From an uncultured bacterium (GTDB taxonomy: Bacteria > Chlamydiota > Chlamydiia > Chlamydiales > SM23-39), in NCBI GenBank assembly GCA_964516935.1, contig CAZEZK010000003.1, forward strand, positions 1-33,295: DNA of 33,295 bases, in the 5' to 3' direction. The position numbers and the translations under genes are program-made. A model generated the notes under the pieces. The model searched no databases. It was not told the origin of the DNA and was given only the letters and a program-made list of their open reading frames with translations. The first letter of the stretch is position 1. The number at the start of each line of letters is the position of its first letter. Below, in pieces: positions 1 through 8,739 of this stretch.

Positions 1-55
1 ACCGCGAGAGCTTTCAATTCAACCCTCTTGGGTGCCTTTGAGCTGGAAGGAGTAT
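1..55. repeat. Partial copy (right arm, cut by window edge) of the palindromic MITE-like repeat family seen at 27.2-27.5 kb
   Basis: 53 of 55 nt identical to 27422-27476. It ends ...GGTGCCTTTGAGCTGGAAGGAGTA, like the other right ends. Confidence 0.85.
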
Positions 56-279
56 GTCTTAAGTTTAACCCTGAAAAAGGATGGCCTTCTGGAAAGCGTT
101 TTTTTTATGAATGTTTAACTTGTAGCGGAATCCTTTCCTCAGTAAAGGATTCCGATTGTGGATGCCATAACCTTTATGTCGATACATCTGCAGGAAGAAT
201 AGGTGCAAATGAGCCGGATAAAATCCGACTATTTAAAGTCAGAACATTAGGGCTAGTTGTAAAATTCCCATCCCTCTAA
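28..279 (+). CDS. Hypothetical small Cys-rich protein (doubtful gene)
   Basis: 83-codon ORF. Its only in-frame start is a TTG inside the repeat copy. It has C29-x2-C32 and C44-x-C46-H47, a possible zinc-ribbon-like pattern. No recognisable RBS. Confidence 0.3.
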   Translation: MGAFELEGVCLKFNPEKGWPSGKRFFYECLTCSGILSSVKDSDCGCHNLYVDTSAGRIGANEPDKIRLFKVRTLGLVVKFPSL

Positions 280-311
280 ATGCTCTCAACCACCCGACTT
301 ACCGCTAAACA

Positions 312-746
312 CTACTGATTCTTTGCGATCGAAGTAAGCGTTGCTTCGGTCTCCAGCACATCTGCTAGGAAATGCTGTAAGATTTTGAGTACGTAGCGAG
401 GAGTATTGTAGATCCCGCTTGTCTCAAAGACAATTTCGAGGTGAGGGGATTGGTCTGGCTGGTAGAGTGCAATCAGCACATGAGTCATCGGCTGCTGCTC
501 GTCCATTTTGGGAACGATCCAGACAATGAACTGATCATTATAGAGCGTAACCTTTTCAGCGCTTTCACTTACGTGGAAGTATTGCGTCAAATCATCTGGT
601 TCGCCATGATCTTCTTGCATAGAGTCAAGGAGGTTTAGGTCATGTAGCACATGCAGATCGATCTTGAGGATACCGTCAGGAATCCAAGTGGTCAGGTTCG
701 CAATGAATTGCTTATAGGAAGCCTCGATTTTTACCGGATCCAACAT
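312..746 (-). CDS. Hypothetical acidic 144-aa protein
   Basis: ATG at 746 preceded by GGAGG with ~5-nt spacing (rc of 747-760). About 22 D/E versus 8 K/R. No signal peptide or TM segment. Confidence 0.7.
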   Translation of the reverse strand: MLDPVKIEASYKQFIANLTTWIPDGILKIDLHVLHDLNLLDSMQEDHGEPDDLTQYFHVSESAEKVTLYNDQFIVWIVPKMDEQQPMTHVLIALYQPDQSPHLEIVFETSGIYNTPRYVLKILQHFLADVLETEATLTSIAKNQ

Positions 747-851
747 GTTTCCTCCCCGCGGAGTCTTAAGACAGAGACGGAATCTCTGTTCTCAAAACTC
801 ACCGTTCCTTCAGCGTAGAATGTTAAAAATTGTTTGTCAATATCTTTGCAG

Positions 852-2006
852 ATGTATCTGATCTTCTTTTTGTTGTACATCACTTGCTGGGCGCAACCGC
901 TCCAAGTTGAGATCCAATCCCGATCTGCGGTCATGATTAACGCAGAGACGGGAGTGATTCTGTTTTCTAAGGAGCCGCACCAGCGCGCCTTCCCCGCGAG
1001 CACCACAAAAGTAGTGACCGCCCTTCTACTCCTGGATAGAGAAGAGATTGATTTAGCGCAAAAAATATCTGTATCAAGAGAAGCGCTTCGTTATAAACCA
1101 CTGAATAAGAACGATCCTGCGCATTGGTTAGAATCTAATTCAACAACGATTGGCTTGCGGGTGGGGGAGGTTGTTACGCTCGAAACCCTACTTTACGGGA
1201 TGATGTTGCCATCCGGCAACGATGCGGCCAATGTGATTGCAGAGACCTGTGGGAATGGCTCTATTGCCTCCTTTATAGAGCAGATGAACAGTTACCTCAA
1301 GCAGATCGGCTGTCAGAACACCCACTTCATGAACCCCCACGGGCTCTACCACCCCGACCACTACACGACAGCCTATGACTTAGCTTTAATCGCGAGACGA
1401 GCGATGCAGTTCCCGCTGTTTCGGCAGGCGGTGGGCTCTCTCGCTTATCACAAGCCTGCAACGAATAAACAGCCCGGGGTGACGCTATATCAGACCAACC
1501 CGCTCCTAAAGAAGAGCCACCGTTTTTACTACCCTAAGGCGATCGGCATTAAGACCGGCTACACTTTGCTCGCTCAAAACACCTATCTTGCAGCTGCCAC
1601 TCATGAAGGGCGCACTCTTATTATTGCGCTCTTAGGAAGTGAAGCGCGCGACGGGCGTTTCATGGATGCGCGATCTCTCTTCGATGCAGCCTTTGCGGAG
1701 AAGCTGACAAAGCACACCTTCTTTGAGCCTGGTTCGCTCTTTCATCGTCCCCTCCAGGGGCGCAAGAGCTCGCTTCAGGCCCATCTTGCCAAGCAGATTG
1801 CCCTATCTTATTATCCATCTGAAGAGCTGCAGTGTCGTATTTTTGTCCGCTGGCTTTCGCTTCCTCTCCCCATCCAACAGGGCCAAAAAGTGGGGGAGGT
1901 GCAAATCCTCACACAAGAGGATCATGTCTTAGCTCAAGGTGATCTGCTCTCCGATCAAGAAGTGACGCCCACCCTTTTCGAGCGTGTGCGTCAATTGTTC
2001 CGTTGA
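852..2006 (+). CDS. D-alanyl-D-alanine carboxypeptidase (PBP5/6, peptidase S11 family)
   Basis: Signal peptide MYLIFFLLYITCWAQP. Motifs SxxK (ASTTK), SxN (PSGND) and KTG (IKTGYT) are all present. The ORF track starts at TTG 834; ATG 852 is preferred. Confidence 0.88.
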   Translation: MYLIFFLLYITCWAQPLQVEIQSRSAVMINAETGVILFSKEPHQRAFPASTTKVVTALLLLDREEIDLAQKISVSREALRYKPLNKNDPAHWLESNSTTIGLRVGEVVTLETLLYGMMLPSGNDAANVIAETCGNGSIASFIEQMNSYLKQIGCQNTHFMNPHGLYHPDHYTTAYDLALIARRAMQFPLFRQAVGSLAYHKPATNKQPGVTLYQTNPLLKKSHRFYYPKAIGIKTGYTLLAQNTYLAAATHEGRTLIIALLGSEARDGRFMDARSLFDAAFAEKLTKHTFFEPGSLFHRPLQGRKSSLQAHLAKQIALSYYPSEELQCRIFVRWLSLPLPIQQGQKVGEVQILTQEDHVLAQGDLLSDQEVTPTLFERVRQLFR

Positions 2007-2058
2007 CAAAAAAAATTAATTTCCACACAATTTTCCCTTAAAACAAAGGAAATGATTC

Positions 2059-2568
2059 GTGAAATTTCTATCCAAGATCCTCGTGCTGTTTGCTCTGATC
2101 GGCACCCAGCTTCCACTCGCCGCCGCTCCGCAGCCATCGCAAGTGGTTCTCTATCTCGCTTATGCGCAAGGTAGTCTGCTGATACAAGATGCGGAGTCCG
2201 CAGTTGCCTATTTAGATCAGGCGGCTTCTCTAATCGATCCGTCGGATGAAGAGGCTCCCATTTATCAGTTTTTCCTCTCGTTTGGGCAGGCGATTGCTTT
2301 TGATCAGTTGGGCAACCGAGCGGCCTGTCAGCAGGCGATCGGGGCTCTTTGTCTCGAGATGAATCGCACAGATGGCGAAACGGAAGCTGATTATGCGACG
2401 ACCTACTCCGAGGAGACGGCAAAACTTGTGGTTGATCTTTTGCGTGCAATAGTAGCGACCGCCCCTTCGACAGACGTCAAGGCTTTGCTCACAGATTTAG
2501 TTGATGAAATTGCTGAAGTGATGCCCTATGAGGCAGATGAAAGTCAAGGCTTTGACTTTAAAGCGTGA
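2059..2568 (+). CDS. Hypothetical secreted acidic protein
   Basis: GTG start with AAGGAAA upstream. N-terminal signal peptide MKFLSKILVLFALIGTQLPLAAA. Its 3' end overlaps the convergent rsmA by 25 nt. Confidence 0.6.
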   Translation: MKFLSKILVLFALIGTQLPLAAAPQPSQVVLYLAYAQGSLLIQDAESAVAYLDQAASLIDPSDEEAPIYQFFLSFGQAIAFDQLGNRAACQQAIGALCLEMNRTDGETEADYATTYSEETAKLVVDLLRAIVATAPSTDVKALLTDLVDEIAEVMPYEADESQGFDFKA

Positions 2569-3347
2569 AGCAGCTCTATCCATTGATTTAGGGAGAGCAT
2601 GTGAGGGCGTGCGTCGATGCGCACGCCGATTTTTGTCAGGGCCTGCTGTACTGCAGCTGCGGAATATAGCTTCTGGAGTGATCCAGTGAGCATCTTGCGT
2701 TTATGTTGGAAAGCTGTGCGGACAAGGTTAAAGAAGGGCTCCTGCTCCACAACGGGCGGAGGGCGACAGTCTATACGCACGATGGCGGAGTCAACGCTGG
2801 GCTGCGGGAAAAAACAGGTGGGCGTCACGCGGAATTTCAGAGCAGCAGTCCCATAGAACTGAATAAAGAGAGACAGTGAGCTCTGTTGTAGATCGATGAG
2901 CCGCTCGGCTACCTCCATCTGCATCATCACAGTTGCTGAGATCATCTGAGGTAGATGTTCGCAAAGCCTGATCAGGATCGGGGTAGTGATGTGGTAGGGG
3001 AGGTTGGCGACTACCTTAAAGGGCTCTGTAGGTAGAGGGAATTCCAAAATATCTTCGCAATGGACTGTCAACCTTCCGTCAGGAGTCTGTAGCCGTGGTA
3101 ATGCTTCAGCCCAGACTCGATCCCGTTCTACAGCGATGAGGCGTGCCCCCTGGTCGAGAAGGGCACTTGTGAGCATGCCGGGTCCGGAGCCAATCTCCAA
3201 AACGAGATCGCCGGGCTGGATATCAGCGGTGCGGACAATTTTGTCCGCGACGTTGCGATCTACTAGGAAGTTCTGTGAGAGGCTTTTACGGGGTGCGATC
3301 TGTTTCTCGCGCAAAAAAGAGCGCAACTCCGTTAAAAGCATTACCAA
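2544..3347 (-). CDS. rsmA: 16S rRNA (adenine1518/1519-N6)-dimethyltransferase RsmA/KsgA
   Basis: Motifs LSQNFLVD, the SAM-binding VLEIGSGPGMLT, and NLPYHITTPIL. Confidence 0.93.
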   Translation of the reverse strand: MVMLLTELRSFLREKQIAPRKSLSQNFLVDRNVADKIVRTADIQPGDLVLEIGSGPGMLTSALLDQGARLIAVERDRVWAEALPRLQTPDGRLTVHCEDILEFPLPTEPFKVVANLPYHITTPILIRLCEHLPQMISATVMMQMEVAERLIDLQQSSLSLFIQFYGTAALKFRVTPTCFFPQPSVDSAIVRIDCRPPPVVEQEPFFNLVRTAFQHKRKMLTGSLQKLYSAAAVQQALTKIGVRIDARPHMLSLNQWIELLHALKSKP

Positions 3348-4339
3348 GCCAAAGAAAAGGGGTGGACGGATTCTGGGAAATCTCTATCGAGTTTCTCCAT
3401 ATCAAACCCAAAGCGCTGCGCCAGTTGGGCAAAATATTTATTCGACTCTTGACCGAGCAGCTCTTGCAGGATGGCATCGCGCAGCTTGTTCTCCAGCGCC
3501 TCAAAGGAGGGGGGAGTGTGGTCCGTCGATCCATGGAGGTAGAAAATGCGGCCACGGCCGGAGGTCAAAAGTGGTTCGCTATAGGAGTTTGGGGTGAGGG
3601 AGCTGAGAGCCTTCAGATAACTCTCGGAGAGGTCTGTATCGGCAGTCTCATACTCAGCAGAGATCTGGAGTGAGGGAAATGCTTTAAGAAGCTCTCCCTC
3701 TTGCGGAGGCTGATTATTTGTAGCTAGAAACTCGCGGAGTTTCTGCATCGTCTCAGGCGTTGCATTGGCCATCGAGAGAACCTGATATTTCCATTCGCGG
3801 TAAGCAGGGTGGTCATTGAGGTAGAGGCGATAGGCTTTGCGGATCTCTTGAGGAGTTACGCCTTGCAGAGCTCTCATGTAGACAAAATAGCCGGTCATGC
3901 GGTGGAAGAGGAGATCGTTTTTTACAAAGTCCCACGCCTCGTCGAACGGCAAGTTCAGCTGATCGAGGGTGCGCATAATATTGGGGCCAAAGCGGCTCTC
4001 CATCTCTTCTCGCACTTCGCCATCAGTTACTTCGATCTCCCGGCGTGCGGCCTCTGTCAAAACCAGCTCCTGTTGTACCATCTCGCGCAGAATGCGGCGC
4101 CAGCTGGTGTCGTAGTACTGGAAGCGAGCTTCTGCAGAGTTTGCCAAATTGGGATATTGCTGATGGAAGGCGATCTCCATCTTTTTCATCACGTCGACAA
4201 CGGAGATATTCTTCTCATTGATCTGAACGAGAATAGAGTTGTGGACAGAGATCTGTGGGCCATTTTTGGGGGTGGATAGAGGTGGCAATTGTGCGAATAG
4301 GAAAAAGGCTAAAAAGAGTGTCATGTTTTTCTTTCTCAT
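3341..4339 (-). CDS. Periplasmic chaperone candidate, SurA N-terminal-domain-like (no parvulin domain recognised)
   Basis: Preferred start MRKKNMTLFLAFFLFAQLPP (signal peptide) at 4339. Helical, charged body. The stop overlaps the rsmA start by 7 nt, suggesting an operon. Confidence 0.6.
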   Translation of the reverse strand: MRKKNMTLFLAFFLFAQLPPLSTPKNGPQISVHNSILVQINEKNISVVDVMKKMEIAFHQQYPNLANSAEARFQYYDTSWRRILREMVQQELVLTEAARREIEVTDGEVREEMESRFGPNIMRTLDQLNLPFDEAWDFVKNDLLFHRMTGYFVYMRALQGVTPQEIRKAYRLYLNDHPAYREWKYQVLSMANATPETMQKLREFLATNNQPPQEGELLKAFPSLQISAEYETADTDLSESYLKALSSLTPNSYSEPLLTSGRGRIFYLHGSTDHTPPSFEALENKLRDAILQELLGQESNKYFAQLAQRFGFDMEKLDRDFPESVHPFSLAW

Positions 4340-4340
4340 T

Positions 4341-4525
4341 ATGAGCCGATTGCAACGCTCCCAGCCCCCATAAAATGGCCCTTTTAAGGCATGTCGCGGC
4401 CCCATTTTCTCGCCTACCCTCTCGGGTATGATCGAGAAAATGGGGCCCGGCAGCGGGGCTGTCCCTCGCAACCTGCCTTAAAATGGCCGATTTTGCGCGG
4501 GCTGGGAGTTTTGCAACCGGCTCAT
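4341..4525. repeat. 185-bp imperfect palindrome (REP/MITE-like), a different family from the 27-kb repeats
   Basis: Outer arm ATGAGCCGATTGCAACGCTCCCAGCCC (4341-4367) pairs with GGGCTGGGAGTTTTGCAACCGGCTCAT (4499-4525). Inner complementary blocks are GGCCCTTTTAAGGCA / TGCCTTAAAATGGCC and GGCCCCATTTTCTC / GAGAAAATGGGGCC. Confidence 0.8.
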
Positions 4526-5668
4526 TACAGCTGCAAAAAACCCATCTGAACCCCCATCTTCAGGCAGAATTGCAAGAGGCGGCTGGCTCAATTTCAATGA
4601 ATAGGTCTGGATAAAGAATTCTACCTGAGATTGATTTTCTTCGGGAAGAATACTGCACGTAGAATAGACAATCGATCCGCCAGGTTTAAGGTAAATGAGC
4701 GCCTGCGCAAAAATTTCTCTCTGCTGTGCGACGAGGCGTTTCACCATCTCTGCATCGATCTTCTCTTTCAGTTCAGGATTGCGGCGCAGCGTTCCTGAGC
4801 CACTGCAGGGAACATCGGCTAATACCCAATCCATCTTGCCTTTGAGCTGTTTGAGTTTTGGACTGTCTGGGGAGACCAGGAGCGCATTCTGTACACCGGC
4901 ACGGCGCAAACGAAGTCGCGCCTGCTCGAGAGCGTGAGAGCGGACGTCGTGGAGGTAGATCTGCCCGCGATGCTGCATGGTTGGAGCCACGGCTAATGCT
5001 TTTCCACCGGAGCCGCTGCAGTAGTCGAGGAAATGGTCGCCGGGTTTCGCAGCAACGAGTTGGGCGACGCGTTGGCTTCCCTCATCCTGCACTTCAAAGA
5101 GTCCCTCTCGGAAACTCGGCCAGGTGAATAGAGGTTCGCGCTGAGTTAACGAGATGCCTGCGGGGGCCTCTTTGCAGGGGATCCCCGGAGAAGGGAGTTG
5201 AGCGAGTAGCTGCTCGCGAGTTGTTTTTAGGAGATTAGCGCGTAGAGTAGTCGGAGCCGGGCTATTCGAGATGCGGCAGAGTCGCTGCGCTCGCGCCTTG
5301 CTATAAGCAACGCAAAGGCGCTCATATAGGAAGTCGCTCACCCCAAACCGGATCGCCTCAGGGATTGCTGAATCTTCCATTCGCCCATGCAAGTCTAATT
5401 TTTTATAGAAGTACAGCTGTGCCTCAATTGTAGGTGAGGGGCAGAGGTGTTGGATCAGCCGCTGGTTGCGAATCATGCCAAAAAGGATGTCGCTGATGAG
5501 CCGACGTGCCTGACTTCCGATCTGCCGACGATCCCGGAAATAGTCGCGCAGAAGAGCGTCGAGTGGCTTACCCGATGAGTGATAAAGAGTTAGGACTTGT
5601 ACGATATGGAGATCGCAATACTTTTGCTTCGCCTCTTGCATAGGACAACTATTATCCATTATCTTCAT
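4478..5668 (-). CDS. rsmB: 16S rRNA m5C methyltransferase, RsmB/Sun (NOL1/NOP2/Sun family)
   Basis: NusB-like N-terminus. Motifs DYCSGSGGKA (SAM binding), DVPCSGSGTLRRNPE, YSTCSILPEEN and DGFF. The last ~15 codons lie in the palindrome arm. Confidence 0.85.
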   Translation of the reverse strand: MKIMDNSCPMQEAKQKYCDLHIVQVLTLYHSSGKPLDALLRDYFRDRRQIGSQARRLISDILFGMIRNQRLIQHLCPSPTIEAQLYFYKKLDLHGRMEDSAIPEAIRFGVSDFLYERLCVAYSKARAQRLCRISNSPAPTTLRANLLKTTREQLLAQLPSPGIPCKEAPAGISLTQREPLFTWPSFREGLFEVQDEGSQRVAQLVAAKPGDHFLDYCSGSGGKALAVAPTMQHRGQIYLHDVRSHALEQARLRLRRAGVQNALLVSPDSPKLKQLKGKMDWVLADVPCSGSGTLRRNPELKEKIDAEMVKRLVAQQREIFAQALIYLKPGGSIVYSTCSILPEENQSQVEFFIQTYSLKLSQPPLAILPEDGGSDGFFAAVMSRLQNSQPAQNRPF

Positions 5669-5674
5669 AATATT

Positions 5675-6145
5675 ATGAAGCTATTGCGTCTTGGCACGAT
5701 TGCCCTTACTCGCCTTTTTATCAGCCTGGTCTTCCTAACCGGTGCGGTGCATAAATTATTGAATTGGCATTCAGAAGAGTGCTCGTGGATGGAGACACTT
5801 TGCGATTGGCAGGCCTACGTCTGGTTTTGGGACCAGGGCGAATCCTTTTTTGGGATGCTCTCTCACTCCGTTCCTCTTCTTCTAATTGCCGCAACGCTCT
5901 TTGAATTGCTTGGCGGTTTACTGATTCTCTTGGCCGTGAAAGAAAAATTGGGGGCCTTCCTGCTCCTGGTTGTTCTCTTTCTTACGACGATCATCTTCTA
6001 TCCCTTCTGGTTTCAAGAAGGGGATGTGCGTGAGATGCAGATTGCCCTATTTTTGAAGAATCTCGCGATTGCGGGCGCTCTTCTTTTAGTATTACTTAAC
6101 GGTATTCAGCCCGCCCAACCAATGCCTTCCCGTGGCCCGCAATAA
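5675..6145 (+). CDS. DoxX-family integral membrane protein
   Basis: Four hydrophobic helices, with LFELLGGLLILL typical of DoxX. ATG 5675 is preferred over the track start 5597, which would overlap rsmB. Confidence 0.65.
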   Translation: MKLLRLGTIALTRLFISLVFLTGAVHKLLNWHSEECSWMETLCDWQAYVWFWDQGESFFGMLSHSVPLLLIAATLFELLGGLLILLAVKEKLGAFLLLVVLFLTTIIFYPFWFQEGDVREMQIALFLKNLAIAGALLLVLLNGIQPAQPMPSRGPQ

Positions 6146-7700
6146 GCTTCTTCTCATCCTATTGAGTGGCGCGATTGTCGCGTTAGGGCAGAGCGCTTGG
6201 GTACCCGCGCTTGGAATCCTAGCTGGCTGTTGCGGATATGCGATCTTCTGGCGCGTCACCACCCGCTTTTGGCCTGCAACACTCTGGTTTGCTGCCGTGC
6301 AAGCAGTTCAGATTTCCTGGATGACAGAGACCGCCTATATGGGACCGCTCATCTGGGTGGTCTATCTATTTCTGATTGCTGCCATGGGTGCTCAGTTTGG
6401 ACTTCTCTCTTATTTAGTTCCTGCGCAGCTCACCTGGAGCTCGATTCTCGGTCTTGCTTCTCTCTGGACTCTTCTGGAGTGGGTGCGCCTCTTTTTTCTT
6501 AGTGGATTTACCTGGAGTTTTGCTGGTACTGCGCTCGCCGCCTCTTCAGCAGCGCTTCAGTGGGCCTCACTCTGGGGGATCTACGGCCTCTCTTTTTGGG
6601 TGATCCTTGTCAATCTCGTTATCCATCAGCGACGCTCGTGGCCCTTTGCTGCCATTTTAGCGCTCCTGCCCTACGGGTTTGGCGCCTGGACGCTCTCGCA
6701 AGAGCCAAAAGTCGAGACCCTCTCCGTGCTCTTAATGCAGACTCACTTCCTGGCTGAAGAGAAGCAGCACATGCCTGGTCGAGAGGAGCTCTATCTCTTT
6801 CCGATTGAGCAATGGGATCGTATGCTCTCCGCTTTCCCAAGAAAAGAGAAGATAGATCTCATTGTCTTCCCTGAGAATAGCGCTTCAGGCAGCATCTTCT
6901 ATCCACTCTATTTAGGAAAAGAGGTTGAACAGCTCTGGAAGAGACACTTCGGAATCGAGGCCTGTTCCAATCTTCCGCCTCATGGCCCTTTTGAGTACCT
7001 CTCCAATGCATTTATCGCTCAAGCATTGGCCAACCATTTTCAGGCCGATCTCGTCGCTAGCTTTCAGGAGAATGACCTTGAGCGCAAGGTCTCCTACAAT
7101 AGTGCCTTTTTCTTTCAACCCAATCAACTCAAGCCGCAGAGATATGCCAAGCGCATTCTCTTACCACTTGCTGAATATCTTCCATTTTCACAATGGCAAT
7201 GGCTCAGGAACTTTGTCGCTAGCGAATATGGCATTAGCTCTCATTTCAATGTGGGAGAGGGGGAGGGGCTTTTTACCGCCCGACGTCCTATAGGTATTTC
7301 GATCTGTTGTGAAGAGACCTTTAGCCAATTTTCCCGCACCGCCCGCCAACAAGGCGCAGAGATCCTCGTCGGCATCTCGAATGACATCTGGTTCCCTGAG
7401 AGCAAGTTGGCGCAGCAGCATCTCGACCTCAGCCGCATCCGCGCTGTCGAGAACGGCTGTCCGGCCGTACGTGCTTGCAATGCCGGCATCTCCGCCGCGA
7501 TCGACTCCTACGGCCAAGTTGTAGCCTCTTTTGACCATCCGGAAATAGAAGGAGCTCTCTATGTCGAACTTCCCGCGGCCACAAGAAATACGCTTTATTC
7601 TTGGTGGGGTGATGAGATGATCTTGGGGCTGAGCTTGCTATTTGTGGCTATCTGGGGGTCCCGCCTATTTCTCGCCACTAATACCATTCGTAGAAAATAA
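6132..7700 (+). CDS. lnt: Apolipoprotein N-acyltransferase
   Basis: Multi-TM N-terminal half plus a C-terminal CN-hydrolase domain with VFPE (catalytic Glu), GISICCEE (catalytic Cys) and ISNDIWF. GTG start overlaps the DoxX end by 14 nt. Confidence 0.88.
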   Translation: MARNKLLLILLSGAIVALGQSAWVPALGILAGCCGYAIFWRVTTRFWPATLWFAAVQAVQISWMTETAYMGPLIWVVYLFLIAAMGAQFGLLSYLVPAQLTWSSILGLASLWTLLEWVRLFFLSGFTWSFAGTALAASSAALQWASLWGIYGLSFWVILVNLVIHQRRSWPFAAILALLPYGFGAWTLSQEPKVETLSVLLMQTHFLAEEKQHMPGREELYLFPIEQWDRMLSAFPRKEKIDLIVFPENSASGSIFYPLYLGKEVEQLWKRHFGIEACSNLPPHGPFEYLSNAFIAQALANHFQADLVASFQENDLERKVSYNSAFFFQPNQLKPQRYAKRILLPLAEYLPFSQWQWLRNFVASEYGISSHFNVGEGEGLFTARRPIGISICCEETFSQFSRTARQQGAEILVGISNDIWFPESKLAQQHLDLSRIRAVENGCPAVRACNAGISAAIDSYGQVVASFDHPEIEGALYVELPAATRNTLYSWWGDEMILGLSLLFVAIWGSRLFLATNTIRRK

Positions 7701-7792
7701 ATTCCAAGTTTGAGGCCGGCCCTGATTAAGGAAGGTCAACCGCTGAGAATAGTGGGAGACACCGAAGCGCGCCAAAGAACACGAGCGGTATG

Positions 7793-7846
7793 TACCCGTT
7801 CCACCTCAATTCACCCTGCTAGGGTGCGATTAAGGTGGAACGGGTA
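7793..7846. repeat. 54-bp hairpin/palindrome between lnt and lpxC
   Basis: TACCCGTTCCACCTCAATTCACCCT-gct-AGGGTGCGATTAAGGTGGAACGGGTA, about 23 paired positions. TG lies on both flanks. The first 11 nt equal the TIR start at 27214-27224. Confidence 0.75.
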
Positions 7847-7910
7847 TGTACCCCCCAATGCTTTTTATTCTTGCATGGCTAATCATCGATCGGTCAAGCT
7901 CTCGTTCAAG

Positions 7911-8735
7911 ATGCGACAAAAGACCTTTCTACGAGAGGCCTCCCTATCCGGCGTGGGCCTCTTCACTGGAGCAGATGTCTCGATCACACTGCTGCCTGCT
8001 GCGCCAAACTCGGGACTTCGCTTTGAGCGAGAGGGCCTTGAGATTCCCGCTCTTCTCTCCTCCGTTTGTGAGGCCCAGCGCCACACGAAACTCGTCGTAG
8101 GACAGGGAAGTATACAGCAGGTTGAACACCTCCTCTCCGCTCTCTACGCCTATGGGGTAGAGAATGCTACCATTCGCGTTCAGGGGCCCGAGATGCCTAT
8201 TGGCGATGGCAGTGCCCTTCCATTTGTCGACCTTATCGAGCGCGCCGGCGTTTATGAACAAGATGCCTCCTCCTATCCACTTCGTCTCGAGCAACCCATC
8301 TTCTGGAGTTCGGGAGATGTTCATCTCGTTGCCCTCCCATCTGAGATATTCCGGATCAGCTACACGGCGCACCATGCCAAGTCGACCGCCTTTCGCACCC
8401 AATACTACTCTTGTCAGGTGACCCCAGAGATCTATAAGGCTGAGATTGCCCCCAGCCGTACCTTTTCCTTTTATGAAGAGATCGCCCCCTTTTTAGAAAA
8501 GGGACTTCTTCGCGGCGCTACTCTCGAAAGTGGGCTGCTGATCCGAGAGGATCGAGTCGCATCTCCCGAAGGATTGCGCTTCCCAGATGAGCTTGCTCGT
8601 CATAAAATATTAGACTTGATTGGCGACCTGGCCCTTGTCGGAAGACCCCTTCTTGCCCATGTGATCTCTATCCGTTCCGGCCATGCCAGCAACGCAGCCT
8701 TTGCAGCATTACTCCAAAATGTAGTATCCTCATAG
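7911..8735 (+). CDS. lpxC: UDP-3-O-acyl-N-acetylglucosamine deacetylase
   Basis: Motifs GVGLFTGADV, VEHLLSALYAYGVEN, PIGDGSALPF and HKILDLIGDLAL. The start is set at MRQKTF (7911), not the track start 7710. Confidence 0.93.
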   Translation: MRQKTFLREASLSGVGLFTGADVSITLLPAAPNSGLRFEREGLEIPALLSSVCEAQRHTKLVVGQGSIQQVEHLLSALYAYGVENATIRVQGPEMPIGDGSALPFVDLIERAGVYEQDASSYPLRLEQPIFWSSGDVHLVALPSEIFRISYTAHHAKSTAFRTQYYSCQVTPEIYKAEIAPSRTFSFYEEIAPFLEKGLLRGATLESGLLIREDRVASPEGLRFPDELARHKILDLIGDLALVGRPLLAHVISIRSGHASNAAFAALLQNVVSS

Positions 8736-8739
8736 GCGT

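Noticed and set aside
4340-4471. 44-aa N-terminal extension of the SurA-like ORF (track start 4471)
   Set aside because: The extension is encoded by the palindromic element and precedes a perfectly good Met plus signal peptide at 4339, so it is an artefact of an open frame through the repeat.
7710-7910. Long N-terminal extensions offered by the ORF track for lpxC and several other genes. The affected track starts are DoxX 5597, lpxA 9182, fmt 9996, rplD 13498, rplR 19830, rpoA 23496, the hypothetical at 26017 and aroC 32629.
   Set aside because: In each case the extension overlaps the upstream gene or an intergenic repeat. A downstream start directly after the upstream stop reproduces the canonical family N-terminus.
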